Shown here one piece after another: positions 50,430 through 63,619 of a DNA stretch of 64,000 nucleotides. The DNA is from Felis catus. Taxonomy: Eukaryota. The notes beneath the pieces were generated by a model. The model had not been told where the DNA came from and made no database searches. It saw nothing but the letters and a program-made list of their open reading frames with translations. Position numbers and translations under genes: made by a program. The stretch lies in the NCBI RefSeq assembly GCF_018350175.1, contig NC_058369.1:1862001-1926000 (forward strand), in the 5' to 3' direction. How positions within the stretch are numbered: the first letter of the stretch is position 1; each line of letters begins with the position of its first letter.

Positions 50430-51750
50430 TGCCATCAAGCGAGTCCCCCGCCTTCTTGCTGGGAAACACCAGTATTCATCCCGACATCCCTTGGGACCAC
50501 TGCAGCAGCCCCACGTGGCGGCGAGCCGAGAGGGAAGAAGAAGCGGTGGCAGAACACACGCTGTGGGTACAAAACGACTCCCAGCCATTGCAACTCCCGC
50601 AGCCCCATAACACATCTCATTACCCGCAAGTACAATCACACCTCTCAGGGTCTCAAAACTGCTTGTCACACCCACTCCCCCACAGTCACCGAAGGGACTT
50701 CTCCTCTTGCTCAGGTCTGACACTCTGCGCCCGCAAGACGCCCACTACGCACCACCGCGCGTCCCTTATCCTCAGGCTCCAGGGCAGGTCTTCTGGGCCT
50801 CCCAGAAGCCACGGCGCACGCGCACTTCTTCTCGCGTGGAGCCTCGACGGCACAGGACGCAGCCCATTGGCCTGTGGGAAACGTAGTTCCGAAAGGAGGC
50901 CCCTCGGATGCTGGGAGTCCAGCCACTCAGGTTTTTCCCAGCATGCAGCGCTGGCCTGCGTGGAAAGCCGCTGCGCCCTGGAGACTCCTGGGAGTGCGTC
51001 TTCGCTGAACTGCGCAGGCGCACCCACTGGAGGTGGCGACCCGCGAAGGGGTTCAAGGCGGGTGTGGTAACGGAAGCGGTGGGAGTCCCGCCCCCTCTCC
51101 CCCAACCCCGGCTTCTGGTGGGCCGTGAGTTGGTGGCGGTTGGCCCGGTGGCCCTAGCTCCTGAGGCCTCCGTCCGCTCGCATCCTCCTGTGCTCGGACA
51201 GCGCTGACTGTCGGGGAAGGCCCCTGAAGTCCGACGGAGTCCTCGCCACGGGTGCAGGAGGACGCTGCAGCCGAGGTGATGGCGTCAGAGGTGACGGCCG
51301 TGGAGGGCCTGTGGCTGAACGAGGGGACAGACGCGAGTGAAGAAGGGCCTGTTCGTGGAAGGATCGCAGCTCTCTGGGAGGGCCTGGGGCATCGTTGTCG
51401 CAGTCGTGTCTGACCACTGAGCCTCAGGGGCTCAGAGTCCCCGTTCGTCAGTTCTTAGGTGGCCAGTGATGGCTCAGGAACGCCCCTCTGCACCGGGCTG
51501 GTTGAAGCACCTGCGTTTGGGTGTGGGGGCCTCTGCCGCGCGGGCTGGGTGCGAAAACCAGTTCACTTCCGGAAGTTGCAGTGGGCGTCGCTGGACGACG
51601 ATGGCGGTGCGCCACCACCTACGTTCTTGCGTCTGTTGGGCCCCGACAGTCCATGGGTGTTTCTTGATTTTTCCCGTGTAACCGATCGTAGTATAGGTTC
51701 CGTCGTGAGCAGAACAGGCAAAATATCACAATCCCCTTGAAGCGGACGTT
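50430..51750. promoter_or_regulatory. CpG-island promoter, no assigned coding gene
   Basis: CpG-rich; TGGGAAACGTAGT 50875 (ACTAC..TCCCA on minus), TTCCCAGCATGCAGCG 50935, palindromic ETS ACTTCCGGAAGT 51565. Confidence 0.75.
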
Positions 51751-52379
51751 CTAGGATACAGAAGATACGAAGGATGTGAGCAACATACGCACTGTGCGGA
51801 TGGTGGGGATTCCTCAAAAGAAGAAACAAAGCGAGGGGAGGGGCGTGCTGAGGGCCTGAGCTGTGTGTGCCTCGGGGAGAGTCTTACTTCCTCTGGGACC
51901 GTTATCTCTGAGGGTGTGCCTAGGATGTGTGCTTGGGGGTGCCATCGGTATTTCCAGTGATGAAGGCTGGGTGATTCTGTATATTTGTCTGCAGGGCCAC
52001 ATGTGTCTGTCCGAGAGGTTCCATGTGTTCCATCATCCTGGTGTGTCCAGGCAGGAGTGTCAGTGCCTGTCTCACTGCATGCTGTAGTGGTTTTTTTGTG
52101 CCTATGTATGGGCTCCCCAGTCTGTGTGTCATGAAATATAAAGGCCTGTCAGGTGCAGATTCACAAGCGGGTTCTACTTAACTTCTAAGAGGCATATAAT
52201 CATCGTGTATTAAATTCCTACATGTGAAAAAACTGGAAACCTTTACAGTTATTTTTAGTAAGTTTGTGCAAGCTCCATACTGCATGAAATGGAAAGGTTG
52301 GGATCAAGCCAACTTTTTAGGTTTATTCAGTAATCAGTGAAATGAAATAAAATTCAGATATACAAGTAAGTTTTAAAGT

Positions 52380-52548
52380 TTCTTTATTTTGAGAGAAGTG
52401 TGGGGGCAGGGCAGAGAGAGAATCCCAAGCAGACTCTGCTGTCAGCACAGAGCCTGATGTGGGGCTCGATCTCCTGAATCAGGGGATCATGGACCTGAGC
52501 TGAAATCAAGAGTTGGATGCTTAATGACCGAGCCACCCAGGCTCTCCT
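52380..52548 (-). mobile_element. SINEC
   Basis: Can-SINE consensus. Confidence 0.85.
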
Positions 52549-52599
52549 TATGCATGAATGCTTTGATACATATATGTGTCCATGAAACCATGACTGTGA

Positions 52600-53850
52600 T
52601 GGTAATAAACTAGAAAACTCAGTTTTGAATGAGGACCGAGTTACAAATGGGATATTGGACAGTATAAATTCTCAATTTATTAGATACCTACCAAAAATTG
52701 GAGCTCGTTGCAGGGATAAAAATGTTTCCATGTTATAAAATACAAATATCACCATATTTTACCAAGAAGACGAAGCAGGCATTGCTGCCCAGTGGTAAAA
52801 ATTATGGATACGTTAACACATGGACAGTAACAAAGGATTATTTAAAAGGGAGTAATAAATCTGTCAACTCCATGTATGATAATCAACTTACTGAAGATTT
52901 ACGTGAAGGAGGAAGCTAGAACACTCTTAGAAGTTACGGCAAGTTTTTGTGACTTTGGAATATGGGGAGTTTTCTTACATAAGAAAAAATAGTAAGCTAC
53001 AAAGGGAGAGAATGAGAAATTAAACTATTAAAACTATTTACAGACCACTGAAATGTAGAATAAAGGGGGTACAAAGATAAACCACGGTCTGGGAGACAAT
53101 ATTTGCAATACGTACAAATGAAAAAGATTCATATCCAGAGTATATGAAGAAATCAGAAGAAACCAATAAACATACAAATGAATTAAAAGTAAGAAAATGA
53201 TGAAGATTACACAGACGAAAGACATACAAAGTGCTCAATATCATTGGTAATAAGCAAGACACACGAGGCAATCCTGTTTCACATGGACTATATGGGCAAA
53301 TATTCAACAGTTGCAGCGTGGTCAATCATCTTATGCAAGAATAGTGGGACTGTTGATTCACACATCCCATTGGCATTTCCTATAAATTTGAAATTATCCA
53401 TGGTCTCCAATTCGGTAGTTTTTCTCCAATGTGTAGAGGATTTGTTATGAACTGCCACTTGGAAATCGAGACAAGAATGATAGGAGCAGCAATTTCCACG
53501 CCAGGAAAACATACACATGAAAGAGCCCCGAAACTATAAGCACTGGAAAGGATGAGTAAATTGGGTCACCCCCAGCCACAGATGCCTGCATGCGTGAAAC
53601 AGACTGAGGCAAGGAAATCAGTGACGACCATGTTCCAGGTAATTCTATTCCTATCTTTTCGTGAAAAGCTCAAGAAAGGCAGAGACAAAACGCTACTTAG
53701 TGATGAGTCATAGTAAAGCTCTGAAGAATAACTATAAAATTCCAAATACTGGTCACATCTGGGAGTAGGAGGGAAATGAAGGGTGGACACACTGGGGTCT
53801 AATATCTGCCCAAGGTCTATCGATGATTGTTCCAAACTACAGAGTTTATA
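52600..53850 (+). mobile_element. degenerate ancient L1M 3' fragment
   Basis: A-rich, with degenerate ORF2-end motifs (tgggagacaatatttgcaa, atatccagagtatatgaagaa). Confidence 0.6.
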
Positions 53851-53864
53851 TAATATTAATATTT

Positions 53865-54300
53865 ATTGTTTTAATTTTAGAGAGCATGTGTGCAAGTAGG
53901 GGAGGAACAAAGGGGGGGGGGAGAGAGAGAGAGAGAGAGAAATCTCAAGCAGGCTCCATGCTCAGTGCAGAGCCCCATGCGGGGCTGGATCCCGGGTCCC
54001 TGGGATCACGACCTGAGCCAAAATCAAGGGTTGGGCCATCAACCAACTGAGTCACCCAGGCACCCCTACAATATTAATATTTAAACTTAAGATAAAATTG
54101 GGGCACCTGTGTGGCTCAGTTGGTTAAGCAACTGACTCTTGATTTCGGTTCAGGTCATGATCTCATAGTGGTGAGATTGAGCCCCAAGCTGGACTCCATG
54201 CTGAGCTTGGGATTCTCTCTCTTCCTCTCTTCTTGCCCCTCCCTCTCCCTCTCTCTCTCCCTCTCTCTCTCTCAAAATAAATAAGTAAACTTAAAAAAAA
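53865..54300. mobile_element. head-to-head SINEC pair
   Basis: - 53865-54067, + 54100-54300; TSD aaacttaagataaaat. Confidence 0.9.
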
Positions 54301-55599
54301 TAAACTTAAGATAAAATGTTTTATGCAATGTTTGCAAAGTATGAGACGCGCTACACAAATTTAAAGAATTGTTTACATGTGAAAAAAAGTACAATTTAAA
54401 GATATTCGTTTTACTGTATTATCTGACCACCTACCTCGTTTTGGTTTCAGTCTGTTTGGAAGGTACTCACAAGTCTTTTAACTGAGCCCATTTAACTTGC
54501 CCGTATATTCATTTGAGTAGCAACAGATTAAGTATGAGCCCAGGGTCTAGAGAGAACTGGTTACACGAATTTATACCATTGCATGCACCTTGATATGAAA
54601 TGAGTTGCAGGAATTTATTTCTAATTGAATAAAGTTGAAGCATATACCAGTGTGTAACCATGTTACCTTAATATATCTAAGAGGAGAAAAAAACGTAGCT
54701 GAAATTGCTTCTCTTTACATAAAGAAACACTGGTCATATGTACAAAAACTAATACAATTGGAATTTGGAGGGGGCAAATGGACACGAATCCTGGAGGGTA
54801 TGCTAGGTGAGAGTTTTAAGGCAGATTTCTAAACCTCGTGCTGATTATTTAAAACTTGGTGTTCATTTATAAACAATAAACAAGTATATTAACTGTATCT
54901 CATTTTTAATACTTTATAAGTCAAATGAGAAATATATTTTTAATGAGAAGCCTCTTTTCTACATGCTACTTCTCTGAGCTCTAATTTTTATGAAAGCGGA
55001 CAATACTTTTTTGCAAACCATAAAATAGGAATTTCTTCAACTTTGTAAATAAGATACGCCGTAGAGTGTCCTTCCACTAGCTCTCAAACTGGGAGGTATT
55101 TTCAGAAAAGGGAAGCATGTTAAATGCACTAGGAATTTTGACTCAATCTGTTCAGCATATTAAACTTCTGGGCCCATTCCAAATTTATATAAGCTTTTGC
55201 TATTTTCTTCTATCAGTTAAATGGCCTGAGGGATATCATAACCGTTCACATTTCAAAGTTCTCTAGGGATATACTAAAAAATGGATCTGCAAATAATTTC
55301 CTTTTAGTGTAGAATGTGAAGCTGAGGATTTTAATGAACATGTCCGGTAACTTGTGGTCCTTCTGAGAAAAGGTCTTGAGCCCAGTTTCAGGCTGTGGGG
55401 TTCAAATTCCTCGCTAGCACCTGGCACTTGCAGGCTGCAGTTTCCTGATCTAAAGCGGCAGATGAGGGGGGGTGGGGAAGCATGGGTGAGGCCACAACGG
55501 TGTCAAGGGCCAAGTATCAAAACGTATCCAGACCCTGCACTGCACGTGGTGAAGTCACGATCAAATGTATGTGTGTTAAAAAAAATTTTTTTTCTTTAT

Positions 55600-55771
55600 G
55601 TTTGTTTGTTTATTTGTTTTTATTTTTAAGAGAGAGACACAGAATCCGAAGCAGGCTCCAGGTTCTGGGCTGTCAGCACAGAGCCTGATGTGGGGCTCGA
55701 ACTCAAAAGCGGTGAGTTCATAACCTGAGGCCAAGTCAGACGCTCAACCGACTGAGCCACGCAGGTGCCCC
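55600..55771 (-). mobile_element. SINEC_Fc
   Basis: Can-SINE consensus. Confidence 0.9.
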
Positions 55772-55959
55772 CAAATGTCTGTGTTCTTAAAGAGCCCAGA
55801 CCCAAGGGTGACCTTGCAGTCCCAAGCCAACCTCTGACCCCTGGAGGACACCGGGGCCTCCTGTCCTGTCTTGTCCCAGCCCAGCTGGGATTGGACACCC
55901 CTCCTTCTCTGGACAGAGAGGTATTGCTCGGTGGGGAAATGGGAGTCTGGAAACAGGAG

Positions 55960-56640
55960 GTGCCACAGACCTGCGGGAAGACGCCGAAGTCCTTGGGGGA
56001 GCTAGAGCTGGTTCTGCTTGTACCCAAGTGTCCCTACTGTGACCAGCCGGAAGGGCCCAGCCACTCGTGTTGCAGTCGTGCTGAATCGTCCCGTCGGGGG
56101 CCCTGGGGCGAGGGTGGTGGATTATCTGGTTGGGAGGGCTGGGGCGGGGTCTGCAAGCCCTGTCCAATCAGGGTCCGCGGTCTCGGAGCACCGTCCAATC
56201 AGAACCGCGGGCGGGCTCCCAGCCGTGTGGGCTGGGCTCTCAGACCGCCAGAGGCGCTAGTGTGCACCTGCCCCGTGCGGCTGCAGGTGTCTGGGTCGGC
56301 GTCGCGCTCACCTGCCTGGGCCATGGAGCCACGGGGAGGACGCCAGGAGAGCCTGCAGCGAGGCCGCGAGATGGTGAGTGCGCGGGGTCGGCCGAGACCG
56401 GGCGGGGCTGGTTCAACAGCCGGTACCGTCTGGAGGTGGCCGCGGCCCGGGTTCCTCTCCCCAGCCCCTCTCCAGGTTCTGACCCGAGTTTCTGTCCTTG
56501 GCCGCGGGGTTGGGTCCCAGCGTCCTGTCCCATCCCCGCGCGGGTCTGGGGTTCTCAGGACTGCCTGGGGTGACCAGATGAGCACAGCTTGCTATCCACC
56601 CGGGGGTCGGGGAATCTCAGCCCGGAGTTAGCTCCTCCTA
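55960..56640 (+). promoter_or_regulatory. CpG-island promoter/exon 1 of next KRAB-ZNF paralogue
   Basis: two CCAATCAG boxes (~56164, ~56195); similar to the ZNF555 promoter and exon 1. Confidence 0.8.
56371..56373 (+). CDS. start-codon exon end of a ZNF555-family KRAB-ZNF (ZNF556/ZNF57/ZNF77-like); later exons presumably beyond window
   Basis: gagATG|GTGAGTGCGCG..GGCCGAGACCGGG closely matches the ZNF555 exon 1/intron 1 junction. Confidence 0.65.
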
Positions 56641-57930
56641 CAAGAGAGCCTTAGGGGACGAGTGAGGAGCGTGGGGAGACCTGCTTGGGGTCCTGGGCTC
56701 GGAGAGATCCTCTGGTATGTCCTGGATCCCTAGGTGACCCCGACCCCAGTTCTCATTTCCTGGAGGGACATTAGTTGTCAGTTGACCAGATGCTGGTATG
56801 GAAGGGAAGAGAGGAATGGTTCCTGCCCCCTGGATTCTCACGGTGAAGGATGAAAAACCCGAAGGACAAAGAAAACCCAGTGAGTTGGTGCTGCAACCTG
56901 CAAAGCAAAGTGCACTGCAGACCCGCAGTGGGACAGGAGCCAGTGCCCTTTGGGAGGCTGTTCAGCGAGCATTTCAGAGAACAGCTGTTGGGGGGTGGAT
57001 GTCCCACGTGGTAGGATGGCCGTGCTTGACCCTTGAGTCATCTCAGTGTTCCCGTTCTGCACTGCCCCGCCCTGAGTTTGTCACCTTGCAAAGATTTATT
57101 TGGTTATTCGAGCCTGAGATTTGTCAGTAAATGTAAAATACATTTAATTAATAGAAAGATTAGATAAAAATAATTCCAAAGAAACGGGAAGGTTCAAGTT
57201 CAGAAATAATAAAAAGATCTAGTCTTACATACCATTTGTTAAAAATTCTTTTGTGCCTTTTTTTTTTTTTTCCCTCTCCTTGAGCATGTGGTTAAGTTTC
57301 TCACATCTGTTGTTTTCTTTTTGGTGACGACAAATGGAGTTCCAGGGCTTAGCCTCGAGGATGCTACTGGGGAAAAGAATCTAAGAGAAATAGAGAAAGC
57401 TTCTCTCGCATTATGAATGCATAAAAATGAATGCATTTACACACACACACAAGCTTGGCCTATTAATTGGTGAGTTACAAAGACTCACCAAAATGTCAGC
57501 TATTTTTTGTTTACTGGGTGGGAAATTTATGACTGTGGATAATTTTATTCTGTCTGGTATTATTGGATTTCAGAGATGAATGCTGAATCCTATTTCGTGA
57601 AATTTGCATCACGTGTTGAAATGTGATTGTTTATAAAGCATTTTACTCCCATGGAAATGATAAAGTGACATCTTTATTTTCTCTGAAAGGAACAGATACT
57701 TGTGGGTTTTCTTCTTGAGTCATTTAAAAAGTCATTAGACCCATTGTGGGTTTTCTTCTTGAGTCTTCTCTCTCCTTTATACATGAACACTGGGTTTGAG
57801 TGATGTTGCCGGATTCCTCAAACACTGAGTTTGTGTCATTTAAATCAATAGGGTCCAACAAGAGTGACTACCTCGAGTGGGGATAGGGGCCCTGCCCGGT
57901 GACTCTAAGCTAAGTAAGACCAATCATGAG

Positions 57931-57972
<42 letters not shown>

Positions 57973-59299
57973 TGGTTTTTTTCTGGAGCTTCTCTTCTGT
58001 GCTCATGTCCCAGCCTGTCCACGCCATCCGCAGGAGGAATGTGTGTACCTAGAAATGCTACAGGGCACTGAAAAATGTGCGTGGTTGGGGGAGAGTTATG
58101 AATTTGGGGGTTCATTTGGGTTAGAACTTTAAACTGGCTCCAGCCAAGAATTTCCTGGGTAGTGAGAACTGAAGCCTGGAGAGGGAGCATTTCCGCACTG
58201 CAGGGAGGGGAGTGGAGGGTGTGTGGAGCTCCAGAGTCCATCCCTGTGTCTGCTCAGGTCACCCTATCTCCATCGCTGGGGACTGATTCAGCAGAAGGCT
58301 GGTATTTCTGCAGTGAGGTTCTGGACCCCAAGCCTGTGGGTGTGTTTCACCTTCTGAACCTGGTGGGTGTTCTTTGGGAATGGTGGATAAGTCAGTGGCT
58401 CTATCTGAGCCAACGGAAATGTTTGATTTTCATCCCTTCTGATTTCTGTATTGAATGTTGCTGCCATATAACTCCAGTCTCCCTAAAACTTTGGCCTTTT
58501 TATTTCCCTATTTGAGTGTTGTAAGATTTTTATTTTCTTGGGTGAGTAGAAATGGATTGAGAGATACAATAGAAGAGAATTCTGAAAGCATACAGAATTT
58601 TTCTTCCTTTTTTTTTGACAAGAGGACTTCCAGATAGGAGATGGGTGTATTTAAACGCTCAGGTTAATTTTTCACTTTTTCCATAATTTTTTATATCAGT
58701 GATTGTCTCTATAGAGTTATGAAGTTTCAAATGTACTATTCCCAAGACAATTCTTATTTTAATTGATACGAGGAAAATTACCTTTGGATGTGCAAATCCT
58801 TGAAAATCCTAGTGCATTGAATAGGTTGGATCCAAACCCCTGATGTGCAAAGTATTCTACTCATTTTTGAAAATAGTTCCTCAACTGAGATGGAGTGGAA
58901 GTGCAAATAATGATGGTGTCACCTGTCATTTTAGTTGTAAAGATGTTTGAGATATTTCATTTTCATAAACTTTAACTTTCAGGGGATTCTTAACCTTAAA
59001 AATAAGTCAGTTATTAGCAAAAATGGATTTATTTGGAATATAGAAAATTGCAATTTGGGACCTGCGAGGACAGCAAAACCCTAGGCACACCCAACAAACA
59101 AAAGAACAACATTATTTTATGGACAAGGAGGAAGTTGGGAGGGATTGTTTTGGACAAAAGTCCATTGGACAGAGGCAAGAGTTCAGGGTGATGACAGTTT
59201 CTCTGAGTTGTTGATGGCAGTTTTTCCTGATGAATTATAGGGGTAGTCAATTTCTTTTCATTTTCTGTAAAGGGTCCTCCATTCTTAGTTTTTATTTCA

Positions 59300-59673
59300 T
59301 TTTTAAGATTTTTGTAAGTAGGCTCTTTGCTCAACGTGAAGCTCAAACTCACAATCCCAAGATCAAGAGTCTCCTGCTGGACTGACTGGGCCAGCCAGGT
59401 GCCCTAGGGGTAGTCAATTTCTTTCTTTCTTTTTTTTTTTTTTAATGTTTATTTATTTTTGAGACAGAGAAAGAGTGTGAGCAGGGGAGGGGCAGAGAGA
59501 GAGAGGGAGACACAGAATCCGAAGCAGGGTCCAGGCTCTGAGAGGTCAGCACGGAGCCCAGGCTCTGAGAGGTCAGCACAGAGCCCAACACGGGGTTGGA
59601 ACTCACCAACCATGAGAGCATGACCTGAGCTGAAGTCGGAGGAGGCTTACCGACTGAGCCACCCTGGCGCCCC
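59300..59673 (-). mobile_element. two tandem SINECs inside an LTR-like tract
   Basis: triplicated target taggggtagtcaatttc. Confidence 0.85.
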
Positions 59674-60387
59674 TAGGGGTAGTCAATTTCTTATTGGAGA
59701 TGCAATGGACATCTCTTGGGCCTGTAATTGACAGTTCTTTCCTGTAATTGACGTGGAGTGGTGTGGTTACCCCTTCTGGTCCCCTGACTCCATTTTATCT
59801 TTCGTTTTGTTTTGTTTTTCTTTTGGGTTTTTATTTTTTCATTTATTATTACTGTTTTTCTCTCAACTCCATTTTAGTGAGACTTTGCTCTATTAATTTT
59901 CACAGGATTAAATCCTAACATAACTTCTTATATGGAAAAGTGGTTCCCAAATAAAAATAAAAACCATTAAAAAGCAAAATATAATTGATATAGATTTCTC
60001 TTTCTGTAAAGTAAATAATGGATGCAAAGGTTAAAAAAATCTGTAAAACATTGAAAATCTAACTTAAGACAATCCCCTGCCAGCATATTGTGGTCCGTGC
60101 CAGTCCTGCCCCAGCCACCTTCAGACAACTAGTTTTAATGATTTCTTGTGCATTTTTGTCAGTGTTTCTTTCTATAAAAACGATTAAAAGTGCAAGAGTT
60201 TTTCTTTTGTTATAGGAAAGGTGACATGACATACACGTGCAGCACACTTTTCTTATTTGTTCTATTGCTAATTCTGCAGACCTTTTCGTAGCAATGACAG
60301 ATGTCTTTGATTTTCAAGTTTATGCATCCAGTTCTAATTAGGCAATCGATCTGCATGTAATATTTTTCTACTTAAGTTCATTAATCA

Positions 60388-60610
60388 GGGGCGCCTGGGT
60401 GGCGCAGTCAGTTAAGCGTCCGACTTCAGCCAGGTCACGATCTCGCGGTCCGGGAGTTCGAGCCCCGCGTCAGGCTCTGGGCTGATGGCTCAGAGCCTGG
60501 AGCCTGTTTCCGATTCTGTGTCTCCCTCTCTCTCTGCCCCTCCCCCGTTCATGCTCTGTCTCTCTCTGTCCCAAAGATAAATAAATGTTGAAAAAAAAAT
60601 TAAAAAAAAA
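60388..60610 (+). mobile_element. young SINEC_Fc
   Basis: perfect TSD aagttcattaatca (60374, 60610). Confidence 0.95.
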
Positions 60611-62715
60611 AGTTCATTAATCAAACTTTTTGTTTGATTAATGTTACGTGGTAAGCAAACATACAAAAAGCATATAATTTTTCAACCTTAATTGATGCTT
60701 TAAGTTTTATGGTGAAATTTATCGTATTTAGCACACATACAAAGTTTTATTGGACGTTTTAAAACTAATCATGGTGTAAACATCCATAGACTCACCATCT
60801 AGATTCATAAATCGGTCTTGGGTAGAGACTCCTGACATGACCCTCCCTAAATGACCGTCTTGTCCTATCGGTAACTACTGTTTGTTTGCTTAATCTTCAT
60901 GCCTTTACCTTTTATGTGTTTTTTCTGAACAGTGTTCTGCTTACTTTTATCCCTCCGGGACTTTGAATAAATAAATATTAACGGAATTACGCTGAAAAGG
61001 CTTCCCCAGGGTTCTTTGCGTCAGTTTGTTTCATACATGCTGCTGTCTGCAACTGCCATCATTCTTCCTTCCATTCCAGTGCTTACGGGATTTGGGTTTT
61101 TGAAGTTTTTTTTTTTTTTTGCTTTTGTGAAAAATGCCACTCCCATGAGTCTTGTTTCAGTGTATGAGTGCAAATGCATGGTACATTTACGACATACTGG
61201 AGGAAAATCTCTAGGTTGTGGATCATGGCCAAGTTCAGATTTATGAGGAAATTCCAATGGAATGTACCAGTTGATTCTCCAAACATCTGTACATAACTGC
61301 TTATTTGTTCCATGTGACCATCAATACCCGACATGATCTAATTTAGTAATTTTTGCCCTTCTTGGTATGAAACAAGATTTTATTCTATTTGCTCACTGAC
61401 AACGAGGTTGACTCTTTTCTCATATGTAGTCTTACATCTTTTGTGATACATGTTTTAACCATTTTGTGGTTTCTCATTCATTTGTTTGACCATTCCGTTT
61501 TGCTTTACACACACATTTTTATATTTGTATGTGTTGCAAGTACATTTATCTCGAATTGTGGTTTACCTTTTCAGTTTCTTAATTTTAGTAGGGTTGTAAT
61601 CATCAATTTCTTCCTTTATAGCTTACTCTTTTTTTATTATTTAAGGAAAGTTTTATATGTAAACATTTTATGCTTATAATTTTAATTATAATAATCTTTT
61701 ATACTTAAAAATTTTATTTAAGAAAAAATCCCCTATTCTTACATCATAAAAACCTTTCCCTTTAACTTCTGAAAGAGTTCTAGTTATGTCTTTTGCATTT
61801 AAATCTAGAGTAAATTGATTATTGCCCATGGACTAGATGGCAATACCAAGCATTCTTCCTAGTTGGATGCTAATTTCTCCCTGACCTGTATATTAAAGTA
61901 TACAGCATTTCTGCCACTGCTTTGCGATGCCTGTTCTGTCATTAGTCGAATTTCCATACGCATAGGGTCTCTTCAGGATTCTTTCCCTTTCCATGAATCT
62001 ATTGGTTTATCCTCTACTAATAACATATTGGCCATATTACTGTGGTTTCAAATTCCTTCATGTATTTGGAAAGCCCCTATCGTGTTCTTAAGAAACTTTT
62101 TTCCCCCTTTTTTTGGACATTTGTTCTCTGGAGAACTTTAAACTTTCGAGACGTTGTTTTTGTGAAGTTCTGGAAAATCAGGTCTGAGGATTTAATGGAA
62201 CTTTATAAAGACTACTACGGGTTTCTTTTGGGGGAGCTGACATCCTCGTGGCATTGAGTTCTTTCAAAGAACATGTGCCGCTTTTCCATGCATTCTACTT
62301 TGATATTATCCAATAGAGTTGAAGGTTTTTGTCCATTAGAATCTTTTTATACCCTTCATTAGAAGTCTTTATTATGCGCTGGCTTAAAATAACCTTTACC
62401 GAGATGTAATTTACATACTATACATACCATAAAATTCACCAACTTAAAGTGTACAATTCTGGCCTGTTTATTCATAGTTCTCACCAGAGTCAACTTTAGT
62501 TCATTTTCATCATCTCAAAAGAAACCTCAGACCATTTATCTGTCACCTTCCTTCTTACTCCCAGCCATAAATAACCACTAAGGTACTTTTTGCTTCTTGA
62601 GAATTTCTTATTCTGGACGTTTCATGTGAATGGAATAACATACTTTGTAGTTCTTTCTTTCACAAGTTCAAATCTATGGTTGAGTGTCTCCGATGACTTT
62701 TTTCAGTTATTGTGC

Positions 62716-63034
<319 letters not shown>

Positions 63035-63039
63035 AGTTG

Positions 63040-63615
63040 TAATTTAAATCCTGTGTAGTTAACATATATAGTAACATATAGCTGCAGACTTTAGTGATTC
63101 GTCCCTTACATATAACACCCAGTGCTCACCACAGCTACCCTCCTTAATGCCCATCACCCATTTAGACCACCACCGTGCACTTCCATCCACCAACCCTCGG
63201 TTTCTTCTCTGTAGTTAAGAGTCTCTTATGGTTTGCTTCCCTCTCTCTTTTTTTCCCCTTTCTTCCCCTGTGTTCATCTGTTTTGTTTTCCACATATGAG
63301 TGAAATCATATGGTATTTGTCTCTCTGACTGACTTATTTTGCTTAGCATAATACACTCTAGCTCCATCCAGGTCATTGCAAATGGCAAGATTTCATTCTT
63401 TTTGATGGCTGAGTAATATTCCATTGAACGTATATACCACATCTTCTTTATCCGTTCATCAGTTGATTGACATGTGGGCTGTTTGCATAGTTTGGCTGTT
63501 GTTGATAATGCTACTATAAACTTTGGGGTACATGTGCCCCTTTGAATCAGTACTTTTGTATCCTCTGGGTAAAAATCTAGTGGTGCAATTGCTGGGTCAT
63601 AGGGTAGTTCTATTA
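63040..63615 (-). mobile_element. carnivore LINE-1 3' fragment interrupted by SINEs
   Basis: peptide MEYYSAIKKNEILPFAMTWMELECIMLS. Confidence 0.9.
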
Positions 63616-63619
63616 AAAA

